DNA of 64,000 nucleotides, taken from the NCBI GenBank assembly GCA_036269735.1, contig DATBDW010000228.1, positions 759 to 64,758 of the forward strand. The letters are read 5' to 3'. This stretch comes from Actinomycetes bacterium (GTDB lineage Bacteria > Actinomycetota > Actinomycetes > JACCUZ01). The notes below the pieces were generated by a model, which was given only the letters and a program-made list of their open reading frames with translations, had not been told where the DNA came from and did no database searches. Numbering within the stretch: position 1 is the first letter of the stretch; every line of letters starts with the position of its first letter. Positions 37,988 to 48,438 of the stretch are shown here, in pieces. The translations under genes were made by a program, and so were the position numbers.

Positions 37988-38349
37988 CGCTCCCAGGGCG
38001 CGGTGTCGCCCATCTTCGCGTAGTACTTCGCCAGGTGCGCCTTCACCCGGTCGACGTCGTCCTTCTTCAGGTCCACCCCGCCGCGTGAGCCGTCCATCAC
38101 GGCCCCGGCGGCCATCACGCCGCGCGGCACCGCGCGCAGGTGGCCGTCGACGACGTCGGCGACCAGCAGCTTGTACGAGCCGAAGTTGTCGGGCTTGGTC
38201 TCGTCGTACCAGACGTGGACGTCGCGGTACTTCGCGTTCGGGCCGTCCTCGGCGCCGGCCCACTCGCGGACCCGGCGCTCGGCCGCGGCGCCGTCCCACT
38301 CGCGGTCCCGGTCGGCCATCGGCAGATCCTGGAAGTGCGGCACTGCCAT
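37984..38349 (-). CDS. hypothetical protein (121 aa)
   Basis: ATG 38349 (MAVPHFQDLPMADRDREWDG...KYRDVHVWYDETKPDNFGSYKLLVADVVDGHLRAV...). No motif recognised. Only the last 121 codons of the 1102-aa antisense ORF are plausible. Confidence 0.45.
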   Translation of the reverse strand: MAVPHFQDLPMADRDREWDGAAAERRVREWAGAEDGPNAKYRDVHVWYDETKPDNFGSYKLLVADVVDGHLRAVPRGVMAAGAVMDGSRGGVDLKKDDVDRVKAHLAKYYAKMGDTAPWER

Positions 38350-38388
38350 CGTCGTCACCTCGATCACATTCACATTGCCTGGGGCAGA

Positions 38389-38454
38389 TTGTCTGGTGGC
38401 ACATTGTCTGTGGCGAGCAGTTGTCTGTGGCGAGCAGTTGTCTGTGGCGAGCAG
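38389..38454. repeat. tandem direct repeat array: 3 perfect copies of a 17-bp unit (ttgtctgtggcgagcag) preceded by a degenerate copy
   Basis: Read directly. The array sits in the 177-bp divergent intergenic region between ATG 38349 (minus) and xfp GTG 38527. Confidence 0.85.
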
Positions 38455-38526
38455 TTCCCCTACCCCTGGTGCGGCCGGTGACACTCGCCGTGCGGCCACC
38501 GTCCGGCGTCGGGGCAGACTGACCCC

Positions 38527-40908
38527 GTGACCGACAAGACAGCTCAGGACCGCACGAGCACCCTCCAGCTGGTCGACGCCTGGTGGCGAGCCGCCAACTA
38601 CCTCGCGGTCGGGCAGATCTACCTGCTGGACAACCCGCTGCTGCGGGAGCCGCTCGCGCCGGCGCACATCAAGCCGCGCCTGCTCGGCCACTGGGGGACG
38701 ACGCCCGGGCTCAACCTCCTCTACGCCCACCTCAACCGGGTGATCGTCGAGCAGGACGTCGACATGATCTTCGTGACCGGACCGGGACACGGCGGCCCGG
38801 CCGTGGTCGCGTCGTCGTACCTCGAGGGGACCTACGCGGAGACCTACCCGCACGTCGGCGAGGACGAGGACGGCATGCGCGCGCTGTTCCGGCAGTTCAG
38901 CTTCCCCGGCGGGATCCCGAGCCACGCGGCGCCGGAGACCCCCGGCTCGATCAACGAGGGTGGCGAGCTCGGCTACTCGCTGGCGCACGCCTACGGCGCG
39001 GCGTTCGACAACCCCGACCTGGTCGTCACCTGCGTCATCGGTGACGGCGAGGCCGAGACGGGGGCACTGGCCGCGAGCTGGCACTCCAACAAGTTCCTCG
39101 ACCCGCGCACCGACGGCGCCGTGCTCCCGGTCCTGCACCTCAACGGCTTCAAGATCGCGAACCCGACGGTCCTGGCACGGATCCCCGACGACGAGCTCAC
39201 CAAGCTGTTCGAGGCCTACGGCTACCACCCCTACGTCGTCGCCGGCGACCATCCCGACTCCGTGCACGAGCAGCTGGCGGAGACCCTCGACACCGTCGTC
39301 ACCGAGATCCGTGCGATCCAGCAGCGGGCCCGGGCGGACGACAGCGCCGTGCACCGGCCCACCTGGCCGATGGTGATCCTGCGCACCCCCAAGGGCTGGA
39401 CCGGGCCTGCCGAGGTCGACGGGAAGCAGGTCGAGGGCACCTTCCGGGCCCACCAGGTGCCCCTCGACGAGACCCGCACCAACGACGAGCACCGAGCCCA
39501 GCTCGAGGCCTGGATGCGGTCCTACCGCCCCCAGGAGCTCTTCGACGAGCACGGCCGGCTGGTGCCGGCGCTGCGGGCGCTGGCGCCGAAGGGCGAGCGG
39601 CGGATGAGCGCCAACCCGCACAGCAACGGCGGACGGCTGCTGCGGGACCTGCGCCTGCCCGACTTCCGGGGGTACGCCGTCGACGTACCCCGGCCGGGCG
39701 GCTCGACCGCCTCCGCCACCACCGTCCTCGGCGGCTTCGTCCGTGACGTCATCGCCGCCAACCCCGACAACTTCCTGCTCTTCGGGCCGGACGAGACGGC
39801 GTCCAACCGCCTGCAGGCCGTGTTCGAGAAGACCAACCGCAAGTGGGTCGCGCAGACCCACGAGGCCGACGACCACCTCGCACCCGACGGCCGCGTGCTC
39901 GAGGTGCTGTCGGAGCACCTCTGCCAGGGCTGGCTGGAGGGCTACCTCCTGACCGGGAGACACGGTCTCTTCAACTGCTACGAGGCGTTCATCCACATCA
40001 TCGACTCGATGCTCAACCAGCACGCGAAGTGGCTCAAGGTCACCCGCGACATCCCGTGGCGCGCGCCGGTCGCATCGTTGAACTACCTGCTGTCCTCCCA
40101 CGTCTGGCGCCAGGACCACAACGGCTTCTCGCACCAGGACCCAGGGTTCATCGACCACGTCATCAACAAGAAGGCCGACATCGTGCGGGTGTACCTGCCG
40201 CCCGACGCGAACACCCTGCTGTCGGTCATGGACCACTGCCTGCGCAGCAAGCACTACGTGAACGTCGTTGTCGCCGGCAAGAACCCGTCCCCGAGCTGGC
40301 TGCCGATGGACCAGGCGATCGACCACTGCGCGCGCGGGCTGGGCATCTGGGACTGGGCCGGACACCACGACGAGGGCGACCCCGACGTCGTGCTGGCGTG
40401 CGCGGGGGACGTGCCGACCGTCGAGGTGCTGGCCGCCGCCGATGTGCTGCGCCGGCGTCTTCCCGAACTGCGGATCCGCGTCGTCAACGTCGTGGACCTG
40501 ATGCGGCTGCAGGACGAGAGCGAGCACCCGCACGGGCTCTCGGCGGAGGAGTTCGACACCGTCTTCACGCCCGACAAGCCGGTGATCTTCGGCTACCACG
40601 GGTACCCGACCCTCGTGCACCGGCTGACCTACCGGCGTACCAACCACGACAACATCCACGTCCGCGGCTACAAGGAGGAGGGGACCACCACCACGCCGTT
40701 CGACATGGTGATGCTCAACGACCTCGACCGCTACCGGCTGGTCATGGACGTCATCGACCGCGTCCCGTCCCTCGGCTCGCACGCCGCGTCGTTGCGCCAG
40801 GAGATGGTCGACACGCGGACCCGGGCCCGGGCCTGGACGCGAGAGCACGGCGAGGACATGCCCGAGGTCGTCGACTGGGTGTGGCCCGACGACGATGCGA
40901 GCGCCTGA
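38527..40908 (+). CDS. xfp: xylulose-5-phosphate/fructose-6-phosphate phosphoketolase
   Basis: 793 aa. [10 protein letters not shown], the TPP-binding motif GDGEAETG, and overall collinearity with Xfp. Confidence 0.9.
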   Translation: MTDKTAQDRTSTLQLVDAWWRAANYLAVGQIYLLDNPLLREPLAPAHIKPRLLGHWGTTPGLNLLYAHLNRVIVEQDVDMIFVTGPGHGGPAVVASSYLEGTYAETYPHVGEDEDGMRALFRQFSFPGGIPSHAAPETPGSINEGGELGYSLAHAYGAAFDNPDLVVTCVIGDGEAETGALAASWHSNKFLDPRTDGAVLPVLHLNGFKIANPTVLARIPDDELTKLFEAYGYHPYVVAGDHPDSVHEQLAETLDTVVTEIRAIQQRARADDSAVHRPTWPMVILRTPKGWTGPAEVDGKQVEGTFRAHQVPLDETRTNDEHRAQLEAWMRSYRPQELFDEHGRLVPALRALAPKGERRMSANPHSNGGRLLRDLRLPDFRGYAVDVPRPGGSTASATTVLGGFVRDVIAANPDNFLLFGPDETASNRLQAVFEKTNRKWVAQTHEADDHLAPDGRVLEVLSEHLCQGWLEGYLLTGRHGLFNCYEAFIHIIDSMLNQHAKWLKVTRDIPWRAPVASLNYLLSSHVWRQDHNGFSHQDPGFIDHVINKKADIVRVYLPPDANTLLSVMDHCLRSKHYVNVVVAGKNPSPSWLPMDQAIDHCARGLGIWDWAGHHDEGDPDVVLACAGDVPTVEVLAAADVLRRRLPELRIRVVNVVDLMRLQDESEHPHGLSAEEFDTVFTPDKPVIFGYHGYPTLVHRLTYRRTNHDNIHVRGYKEEGTTTTPFDMVMLNDLDRYRLVMDVIDRVPSLGSHAASLRQEMVDTRTRARAWTREHGEDMPEVVDWVWPDDDASA

Positions 40909-41998
40909 CCGGGTCCCCGTGAACGTCCTCACCGTCAACGCCGGCTCGAGCAGCCTCAAGCTCTCCGTCCTCGACGCCGCCGACGCCGTGCTCGCGACCC
41001 GCGAGTCCGGCACCGACGACGTCGGTGACGAGATCGCTCGCCTGCTCGACGAGACCGGTCCGGTCGACGCCGTGGGCCACCGGGTGGTCCACGGCGGGCC
41101 GGCGCATGTCGGGCCGGAGCGGGTCACCCCGACCCTGGTCAGGGACCTGAGTGAGCTGGTGCCGCTCGCTCCCCTGCACCAGCCCAGCGCACTGGCAGGG
41201 ATCCGGGCCGTCGCCGATGCGCTGCCCGACGTACCGTCGGTCGCCTGCTTCGACACCTCGTTCCACGCGGACCTGCCCGCCGCCGCGGCCACCTACGCGG
41301 TACCCGAGGAGTGGCGGCAGCGTTTCGCGGTACGCCGGTACGGCGCGCACGGCCTCTCGCACGCGTACGCATCGCGCCGCGCCGCCGAGCTCGTCGGTGA
41401 CGGTGCCTCGCGGGTTGTTGTTGCGCACCTGGGGTCGGGCGCCTCGCTGTGCGCGGTCCACGACGGCCGGTCGGTGGACACCACCATGGGGTTCACTCCG
41501 ATGGAGGGCCTGGTGATGGCGACCCGATCGGGGTCGGTGGACCCGGGGCTGGTGCTCTGGCTGCTGACCGAAGGCGGGTTGAGCGCGGACCAGGTGGCCG
41601 ACGGGCTGGACCGCCGTGGTGGCCTGCTCGCACTGGCGGGGACCAAGGACATGGCGGAGGTCGTCGACCGGGCCGGCCGCGGCGACGCGGCCGCGCTGCT
41701 GGCCCTTGACGTCTATGTGCACCGGCTCGTCGGCCTGGTCGCCACGATGACGGCGGCGCTCGGTGGCCTGGACGTGCTGGTCTTCACCGGCGGGGTCGGC
41801 GAGCGGTCCGCCGAGGTACGCCGGCTGGCCGGGAAGCGGCTCCTGCACCTGGGCGTGCAGCTCGATGAGGGGGCCAACGCCGCTGCGCGTCCCGACGTGG
41901 ACGTCTCGGCCGCGACCGCACCGGTGCGGACGCTCGTGATCGAGGCCCGCGAGGACCTCGAGATCGCCCGCGGCACCCGAACCGTCCTCAGCGGCTGA
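40895..41998 (+). CDS. ackA: acetate kinase
   Basis: [35 protein letters not shown] and [10 protein letters not shown] match the acetate/propionate kinase signatures. Overlaps the xfp stop by 14 nt. Confidence 0.85.
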   Translation: MRAPDRVPVNVLTVNAGSSSLKLSVLDAADAVLATRESGTDDVGDEIARLLDETGPVDAVGHRVVHGGPAHVGPERVTPTLVRDLSELVPLAPLHQPSALAGIRAVADALPDVPSVACFDTSFHADLPAAAATYAVPEEWRQRFAVRRYGAHGLSHAYASRRAAELVGDGASRVVVAHLGSGASLCAVHDGRSVDTTMGFTPMEGLVMATRSGSVDPGLVLWLLTEGGLSADQVADGLDRRGGLLALAGTKDMAEVVDRAGRGDAAALLALDVYVHRLVGLVATMTAALGGLDVLVFTGGVGERSAEVRRLAGKRLLHLGVQLDEGANAAARPDVDVSAATAPVRTLVIEAREDLEIARGTRTVLSG

Positions 41999-42008
41999 GC
42001 AGGCTCAG
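41995..42008. terminator. short hairpin (ctgagc-ag-gctcag) spanning the convergent stops of ackA and the HAD hydrolase
   Basis: Perfect 6-bp inverted repeat seen. Very short, so low confidence as a terminator. Confidence 0.15.
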
Positions 42009-42652
42009 GACTCGAGGACGTTCAGCAGCGTCTCGCGGGCCTCGTGCAGGTTGCCCGAAACGCCGGCCGCGCCGCTGTGGCGCAGCTCGCTCGCGGAGAA
42101 GCCACCGGTGGTCAGCGCGTAGCAGGGGATCCCGAGCCGCCACGCGGCCTCGCAGTCCCAGGTCGAGTCGCCCAGTGCCACGGCGCCCGTCGCCCCGACC
42201 TTCTGCATCGCGATCGCGAAGACGTCGGGGTCCGGCTTGGTCCGCTCGGCGTCCGCCGACGTGGTCACAGCCTGCGCGAGGTCCCGGGCGTCGAGGAGCT
42301 CGATCCAGCGCTCGAGATGGTCCGCCCTGCCCGAGCTGGCCAGGACCACGGTCGCGCAGTGGTCGCACAGTGCCACCAGGAGCTCTCGGGCGCCGTCGAT
42401 CGGGGTCACGTCGTCCAGCAGCGGCTCGACGTGCTTCCCCCAGGCCTCGCGCAGGTCGTCGCCGACCCGGCGGTCGGCTTCCTCGCCGACCAGCGCGGGG
42501 ACGAGGTGGTCACCGCCCATCCCGATGTGGCGGTGGATCCGCCAGGTCCCTGGCACGAACCCGTGCTCCCGGAAGGCCCGCTGCCAGGCGATCACGTGCT
42601 GGTAGTTGGAGTCGACGAGCGTCCCGTCGACGTCGAGCAGCACGGTGGTCAT
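42005..42652 (-). CDS. HAD-superfamily hydrolase (subfamily IA phosphatase-like)
   Basis: Motif I LLDVDGTLVDS, motif II ...SSG..., motif III K, motif IV GDSTWD. Confidence 0.75.
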   Translation of the reverse strand: MTTVLLDVDGTLVDSNYQHVIAWQRAFREHGFVPGTWRIHRHIGMGGDHLVPALVGEEADRRVGDDLREAWGKHVEPLLDDVTPIDGARELLVALCDHCATVVLASSGRADHLERWIELLDARDLAQAVTTSADAERTKPDPDVFAIAMQKVGATGAVALGDSTWDCEAAWRLGIPCYALTTGGFSASELRHSGAAGVSGNLHEARETLLNVLES

Positions 42653-42749
42653 GGCCCTACCGCTACCCCGGCTCCGGTCGGGGAACCGGTCTGGCCCGGT
42701 CTCCCGGCCGAGGGACTCCGTGGCGCCTGGATCGCAACTCTCCGCCTCA

Positions 42750-42809
42750 TCGACTGGCGCGTTGAGGCTGGAAATTGGGCCCTTGAGTCAGCCGCAACGC
42801 GCCAGTCAA
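42750..42809. repeat. inverted repeat (13-bp perfect core gactggcgcgttg / caacgcgccagtc, 14/15 over 15 bp; 30-nt spacer) inside a 312-bp intergenic region
   Basis: Read directly. Lies upstream of the HAD hydrolase gene (minus strand). Confidence 0.5.
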
Positions 42810-42964
42810 CGACGGATCTGGCCGTCGTCTCACATGCCGAACCAGTGTCCTGTCGCACGACGGCGGGAGAGGTCAACACCCGCCGCCCTCCGCTCCCTCA
42901 TCCCAAGCCTGCGCCGACCTGCACCACCACTGGCGGGAAGATATGCAGCCGACAGAAGCGGGTC

Positions 42965-43489
42965 TCACCGCCCGGGTGGGCGAGGGCTGAGGACCCCGGA
43001 CCGCATCCGCAGCGGCCACACGACCCACGTCAGGATCACCGTCAGCGCCACCGCAGCGCCGACCACGAGTCCGAGGGGCCGGCCGGATGCGAAGGACAGC
43101 GCCAGGGTCACCGCTCCGGTCAGGGCGACCGCCAGCAGGGCCAGGCCGGCCAGCGCGAGCCGGTGTGAGGCCTGCACGAGCGGCTCCTTGAGGTGCTCGC
43201 GGAACAGGGCCCGGTGGAACGGCACCGGCGCGATCAGGAGCACGCCGGCGAGGACCGCCGAGGTCAAGGTGACCTCATAGACATGGCGCAGTGCCGGGCT
43301 CAGCTGCGGGAACCGCTGCTGGAAAGGGATCGTGAGCAGGAACGCCACCAGGATCTGCACGCCGGTCTGCGCGACCCGCAGCTCCTCGAGCAGGTCGGAG
43401 AAGTTGCGGTCGGCACGCTCGGCCCTGGTCTCCCCGTCCCGGTTCGAAGCGTCGTCGGAACCGTCGCCGGGACCGCTGCCCTTCGCCAC
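42965..43489 (-). CDS. DUF6328-like membrane protein
   Basis: 174 aa. ...NFSDLLEELRVAQTGVQILVAFLLTIPF... plus further TM helices. Confidence 0.55.
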   Translation of the reverse strand: MAKGSGPGDGSDDASNRDGETRAERADRNFSDLLEELRVAQTGVQILVAFLLTIPFQQRFPQLSPALRHVYEVTLTSAVLAGVLLIAPVPFHRALFREHLKEPLVQASHRLALAGLALLAVALTGAVTLALSFASGRPLGLVVGAAVALTVILTWVVWPLRMRSGVLSPRPPGR

Positions 43490-43609
43490 GGCACCCTCCT
43501 ACCCCGCCGGCGCCGAAACTCGCACGCAAGGTGAGCGGTCGGTAAACCCGGTTTGCCCAGGCGTCCAGCGGTCAAGTGACCGGCGGGATCCCATTCGCGA
43601 GGAGGCGCC

Positions 43610-46600
43610 GTGACGGCTGTCCACGTCGGCATGCCGCAGACCGGAGGCCACCGCCGTGACCAGGGCGCCTCGGACCCCGAGGGCCTGGTCACCGCGTTAC
43701 GCGCCGCTATCGACGGCGAGGTCCGCTTCGACACCGGGTCCCGCGCGACGTATGCGACCGACTCCTCCAACTACCGCCAGGTCCCCCTCGGGGTGGTCGT
43801 GCCGCACACGGTGAACGACGTCGTGGCCACGGTTGCCATCTGCCGGAGGTACGGCGCACCGGTGCTGTCCCGTGGTGGCGGCACCAGCCTTGCCGGCCAG
43901 ACGACGAACACCGCGGTAGTCCTCGACTGGACCAAGCGCTGCACCCGCGTGCTGTCCGTCGACGCCGATGCCCGCCGATGCGTCGTCGAACCTGGCATCG
44001 GGCTCGACGAGCTCAACCGTGAGCTGTCGTCGTACGGTCTGATGTTCGGGCCCAAGCCGTCGACCCACCGCAGCTGCACGATAGGCGGGATGGTCGGCAA
44101 CAACTCGTGTGGTGCTTCGGCCCAGGCCTACGGCAAGACCGTCGACAACGTGCACCGGCTCGAAGTGCTCACCTACGACGGCGTGCGGATGTGGGTGGGA
44201 CCCACCTCCGACGAGGAGTACGCCGAGATCGCCGCCGCCGAGGACCGTCGCGCGGAGATCTACCAGGCCCTGCGCGCACTTCGCGACGAGCACCTCTCGC
44301 TGGTCCGGACCCGCTACCCGGACATCCCGCGGCGGGTCTCCGGCTACAACCTCGACTCTCTCCTGCCCGAGTCCGGCTTCGACGTCGCGCGGGCACTCGT
44401 CGGATCGGAGGGGACGCTGGTCATCGTCCTGCACGCCGAGCTGGACCTGGTGCCCGTGCCGGCCGCCACCGCGATGGTGGTGCTCGGGTACGCCGACATC
44501 GCCACCGCGGCCGACGCCGTTCCCCAGGTCCTCGAGCACGACCCTTGGCAGCTCGAGGGCATGGACCAGGTGCTCGTCCAGCTCGAGGAGTCGGCGCACC
44601 TGGCCGGCGACGCGATCGCCCAGCTGCCGAGCGGCGGCGGCTGGCTGATGGTGCAGTTCGCCGGCGACAGCCAGGACGACGCGGACAAGAAGGCACAGGC
44701 GCTGCTCGACGACGTCGAGAGCAGCCCCCACAAGCCTGCGGTGAAGATGCTCGACGACCCGGCGCGCGAGCAGAAGCTCATCGAGGTGCGCGAGGCCGGC
44801 CTCGGCGCGACCGCCCACCCGACCGCGAAGCACGAGACGTGGGAGGGCTGGGAGGACGCCGCCGTGCCCCCCAACCGGCTCGGCGACTACCTGCGCGACT
44901 TCCGCGCCCTGCTGGACGACTGCGGCTACGAGAAGGACGAGACCTCGCTCTACGGGCACTTCGGGCAGGGCTGCGTACACACCCGCATCCCGTTCGAGCT
45001 GCGCACCGCCGAGGGGATCGCGCACTACCGGACGTTCGTGGAGCGCGCGGCCGACCTCGTCGTCTCGTACGGCGGGTCGCTGTCCGGCGAGCACGGCGAC
45101 GGCCAGTCCCGGGGCGAGCTGCTGCCGAGGATGTTCGGCCCCGAGGTCGTCGAGCTGTTCCGCTCCGTCAAGGCGGTCTTCGACCCAGAGAACCGGATGA
45201 ACCCGGGCAAGGTCGTCGACCCGAACCCGCTGGACTCGCACCTGCGGCTGGGCACCGACTACGCGCACGCCGAGCCCTCGACGTACTTCTCCTACCCGCA
45301 GGACGACCACCGGTTCGGCAAGGCCGCCCTGCGCTGCGTCGGGATCGGCAGCTGCCGGTCCACCAGCAGTGACGACCAAGTGATGTGCCCGTCCTACATG
45401 GTGACCCGTGAGGAGGAGCACTCCACCCGTGGCCGGGCCCGGCTGCTCTTCGAGATGGTCCGCGGCGAGGTCATCACCGACGGCTGGCGCTCGACCGAGG
45501 TCCGCGACGCACTTGACCTGTGCCTGGCCTGCAAGGGCTGCAAGTCCGACTGCCCGGTCAACGTGGACATGGCCACGTACAAGGCCGAGTTCCTTGCCCA
45601 CCACTACATGGGCCGGCTGCGACCGACGTCCCACTACGCGATGGGATGGCTCCCGCTATGGGCCCACCTCGCGGCGTACGCGCCGGGGCTGGTCAACGCC
45701 GTAGGCCACCTTCCAGGTCTGTCCCGCCTGGTCAAGCGGCTCGGCGGCATCGCCCAGGAGCGCGACCTCCCGGTGTTCGCCGAGCAGCCGTTCACCCGCT
45801 GGTGGCGACGGCGTCGCAGTACCACCGCCAGTCACGGCACAGCGCCGCGCGGGCCGGTGATCCTGTGGCCCGATACCTTCGGCAACGCCTTCCACCCGTC
45901 GGTGCCTCGCGCCGCAGTGCGGGTGCTCGAGGACGCCGGCTTCGAGGTGCGGGTGCCGGACTCGCCCGTCTGCTGCGGACTCACCTGGATCTCGACGGGC
46001 CAGCTCGCCACCGCCCGCCGGATGCTGCGCCGGACCCTGCGGGTACTGCGCGACGACATCCGCGCGGGAGTCCCAGTAGTCGGGCTCGAGCCGTCGTGCA
46101 CCGCCGTGTTCCGCGCGGACGGGCCGGAGCTGCTGGCCGGTGACGAGGACATGCGCCGGCTGTCGAAGCAGACCTACACCCTCGCGGGGCTGCTCGCGGA
46201 GAAGGCGCCCGACTGGTCGCCGCCGAAGGTCGACGCGCACGCGCTGGTCCAGACCCACTGCCACCAGCACGCCGTGCTGGGCAGCGATCCGGACGACGCG
46301 CTGCTGAAGAACGCCGGCGTCGACGCGGAGAACCTGTCCTCTGGCTGCTGCGGCCTCGCCGGGAACTTCGGCTTCGAGCGCGGCCACTACGGGGTCTCGC
46401 GGGCCGCCGGCGAACGGGTCCTGCTCCCCCGCGTGCGCGAAGCGGACGTCCGCGCCGTCGTGCTCGCTGACGGCTTTAGCTGCCGTACCCAGATCGAGCA
46501 GGGCGACACCGGGCGCACGGCCGTCCATCTCGCCGAGCTACTAGCCGCGGGCCTCGACGGCCGCCAACTCGGGGACCGGCCCGAACGTGTGATCGCCGAC

Positions 46601-46642
46601 CGACCCGCCGTACCCGGACACCGACCAAGGAGCCACCGATGA
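43610..46642 (+). CDS. FAD-linked oxidase fused to Fe-S/CCG domains (YdiJ / D-2-hydroxyacid dehydrogenase-like, 1010 aa)
   Basis: SD gaggagg before GTG. FAD_binding_4 (PLGVVVPHTVNDVVATVAICRRYGAPVLSRGGGTSLAGQ), a C-terminal FAD-oxidase domain, two Cys-rich 4Fe-4S motifs (CLACKGCKSDCP) and two CCG-type cysteine motifs. Confidence 0.85.
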   Translation: MTAVHVGMPQTGGHRRDQGASDPEGLVTALRAAIDGEVRFDTGSRATYATDSSNYRQVPLGVVVPHTVNDVVATVAICRRYGAPVLSRGGGTSLAGQTTNTAVVLDWTKRCTRVLSVDADARRCVVEPGIGLDELNRELSSYGLMFGPKPSTHRSCTIGGMVGNNSCGASAQAYGKTVDNVHRLEVLTYDGVRMWVGPTSDEEYAEIAAAEDRRAEIYQALRALRDEHLSLVRTRYPDIPRRVSGYNLDSLLPESGFDVARALVGSEGTLVIVLHAELDLVPVPAATAMVVLGYADIATAADAVPQVLEHDPWQLEGMDQVLVQLEESAHLAGDAIAQLPSGGGWLMVQFAGDSQDDADKKAQALLDDVESSPHKPAVKMLDDPAREQKLIEVREAGLGATAHPTAKHETWEGWEDAAVPPNRLGDYLRDFRALLDDCGYEKDETSLYGHFGQGCVHTRIPFELRTAEGIAHYRTFVERAADLVVSYGGSLSGEHGDGQSRGELLPRMFGPEVVELFRSVKAVFDPENRMNPGKVVDPNPLDSHLRLGTDYAHAEPSTYFSYPQDDHRFGKAALRCVGIGSCRSTSSDDQVMCPSYMVTREEEHSTRGRARLLFEMVRGEVITDGWRSTEVRDALDLCLACKGCKSDCPVNVDMATYKAEFLAHHYMGRLRPTSHYAMGWLPLWAHLAAYAPGLVNAVGHLPGLSRLVKRLGGIAQERDLPVFAEQPFTRWWRRRRSTTASHGTAPRGPVILWPDTFGNAFHPSVPRAAVRVLEDAGFEVRVPDSPVCCGLTWISTGQLATARRMLRRTLRVLRDDIRAGVPVVGLEPSCTAVFRADGPELLAGDEDMRRLSKQTYTLAGLLAEKAPDWSPPKVDAHALVQTHCHQHAVLGSDPDDALLKNAGVDAENLSSGCCGLAGNFGFERGHYGVSRAAGERVLLPRVREADVRAVVLADGFSCRTQIEQGDTGRTAVHLAELLAAGLDGRQLGDRPERVIADRPAVPGHRPRSHR

Positions 46643-48429
46643 GCCAGACCGTCGCCGACTACGTCCTGCAGCGCCTGCGTGACTGGGGCACCGAGTACGT
46701 CTTCGGCTACGCCGGCGACGGGATCAATGGCCTGCTCGCGGCGTGGCAGAAGGCCGGCGGCAAGCCGACCTTCGTGCAGGCCCGGCACGAGGAGATGGCC
46801 GCCTTCGAGGCCGTCGGCTACGCCAAGTTCAGCGGCCGGGTCGGCGTGTGCACCGCGACGAGCGGCCCGGGAGCGATCCATCTGCTCAACGGTCTCTACG
46901 ACGCCAAGCTCGATCACGTCCCGGTGGTCGCGATCGTCGGGCAGACCAACCGGTCAGCGATGGGCGGTAACTACCAGCAGGAGGTCGACCTGCTGTCCCT
47001 CTACAAGGACGTCGCCGGCCAGTACTGCCAGATGGTCACCGTCCCCGAGCAGCTGCCCAATGTGCTCGACCGCGCGATCCGGATCGCCGCGAGCCAGCGG
47101 ACCGTCACCGCGATCATCATCCCCGCGGACGTGCAGGAGCTCGAGTACTCGGCACCGACCCACGCATTCAAGATGGTGCCGTCGAGCAGCGACCTCACCT
47201 GGTCGGCGCCCGCGCCGGCTGAGGCCGACCTGCGCCGGGCGGCCGACGTGCTGAACTCCGGCGAGAAGGTGGCCGTCCTGGTCGGGCAGGGGGCGCGCGG
47301 CGCTGTCGCGGAGATCACGCAGGTCGCCGAGGCGCTCGGGGCCGGCGTGGCTAAGGCCTTGCTCGGCAAGGACGTGCTCTCCGACGAGTTGCCGTGGGTG
47401 ACGGGCTCGATCGGGCTGCTGGGTACCCGGCCGTCGTACGAGCTGATGATGGACTGCGACACCCTGCTCGTCGTCGGGTCGAACTTCCCCTACACCCAGT
47501 TCCTGCCCACGTTCGACCAGGCACGTGCCGTCCAGATCGACATCGACCCGACGATGGTGGGCCTCCGCTACCCCTTCGAGGTCAACCTCGTCGGCGACTC
47601 TGGCGCGACGCTCGCCGCGCTCCTCCCGATGCTGCAGCGGAAGGCCGACCGGTCCTGGCGCGAGACGGTCGAGAAGAACGTCGCGCGCTGGTGGGAGGTC
47701 ATGGACCGTCGCGCCCACGTCTCCGCGGACCCGGTCAATCCCGAGCAGGTCTTCGCGGAGCTGTCGCCGCGACTGCCGGACAACGCGATGATGACAGCCG
47801 ACTCGGGATCCGGGACCAACTGGTACGCCCGCCACGTCAAGATGCGCGGCACCATGCGAGGCACCCTGTCCGGGAACCTCGCGACGATGGGCTGCGGGGT
47901 GCCGTATGCCATCGGCGCCAAGTACGCCCAGCCGGACCGGCCCGCCTACGCCCTCGTCGGTGACGGTGCGATGCAGATGAACGGCATCAACGAACTCATC
48001 ACCATCGCGAAGTACTGGCAGGACTGGGCCGACCCGCGGCTCGTGGTCGCCGTCCTGCACAACAACGACCTCAACCAGGTCACCTGGGAGCTGCGCGCGA
48101 TGGGTGGCTCACCGCAGTTCCTGCCCTCGCAGCACCTGCCGGACTTCCCGTACGCCGGTTACGCGCGCAGCCTCGGGCTGCGCGGCATCCTGGTGGAGAA
48201 GCCCGAGGACGTGACTCCCGCGTGGGACGAGGCGATGGCCGCCGACCGGCCGTGCGTCGTCGAGTTCGTCACCGACGCCGCGGTGCCGCCCATCCCGCCG
48301 CACGCCACCTGGGACCAGATGGAGAAGGCGTTGGAGTCCATCGTCCGCGGCGACGCCGACCGCGTCGACGTCGTCAAGGAAGGCATCAAGGCCAAGATGC
48401 AGGACTTCCTGCCGGGCGGCGCGAGCTGA
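46639..48429 (+). CDS. poxB: pyruvate oxidase / pyruvate dehydrogenase (quinone), TPP- and FAD-dependent
   Basis: ATG overlaps the upstream stop (ATGA). The TPP N-domain, the central FAD domain and the C-terminal TPP motif GDGAMQMNGINELIT...HNNDLNQV are collinear with PoxB. Confidence 0.85.
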   Translation: MSQTVADYVLQRLRDWGTEYVFGYAGDGINGLLAAWQKAGGKPTFVQARHEEMAAFEAVGYAKFSGRVGVCTATSGPGAIHLLNGLYDAKLDHVPVVAIVGQTNRSAMGGNYQQEVDLLSLYKDVAGQYCQMVTVPEQLPNVLDRAIRIAASQRTVTAIIIPADVQELEYSAPTHAFKMVPSSSDLTWSAPAPAEADLRRAADVLNSGEKVAVLVGQGARGAVAEITQVAEALGAGVAKALLGKDVLSDELPWVTGSIGLLGTRPSYELMMDCDTLLVVGSNFPYTQFLPTFDQARAVQIDIDPTMVGLRYPFEVNLVGDSGATLAALLPMLQRKADRSWRETVEKNVARWWEVMDRRAHVSADPVNPEQVFAELSPRLPDNAMMTADSGSGTNWYARHVKMRGTMRGTLSGNLATMGCGVPYAIGAKYAQPDRPAYALVGDGAMQMNGINELITIAKYWQDWADPRLVVAVLHNNDLNQVTWELRAMGGSPQFLPSQHLPDFPYAGYARSLGLRGILVEKPEDVTPAWDEAMAADRPCVVEFVTDAAVPPIPPHATWDQMEKALESIVRGDADRVDVVKEGIKAKMQDFLPGGAS

Positions 48430-48438
48430 CCCGACGCG

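Noticed and set aside
37984-41292. 1102-aa minus-strand ORF
   Set aside because: It is antisense to the clearly genuine xfp gene. This is the open antisense frame typical of a >70% GC genome. Only its last 121 codons (37984-38349) were kept, as a separate small gene.
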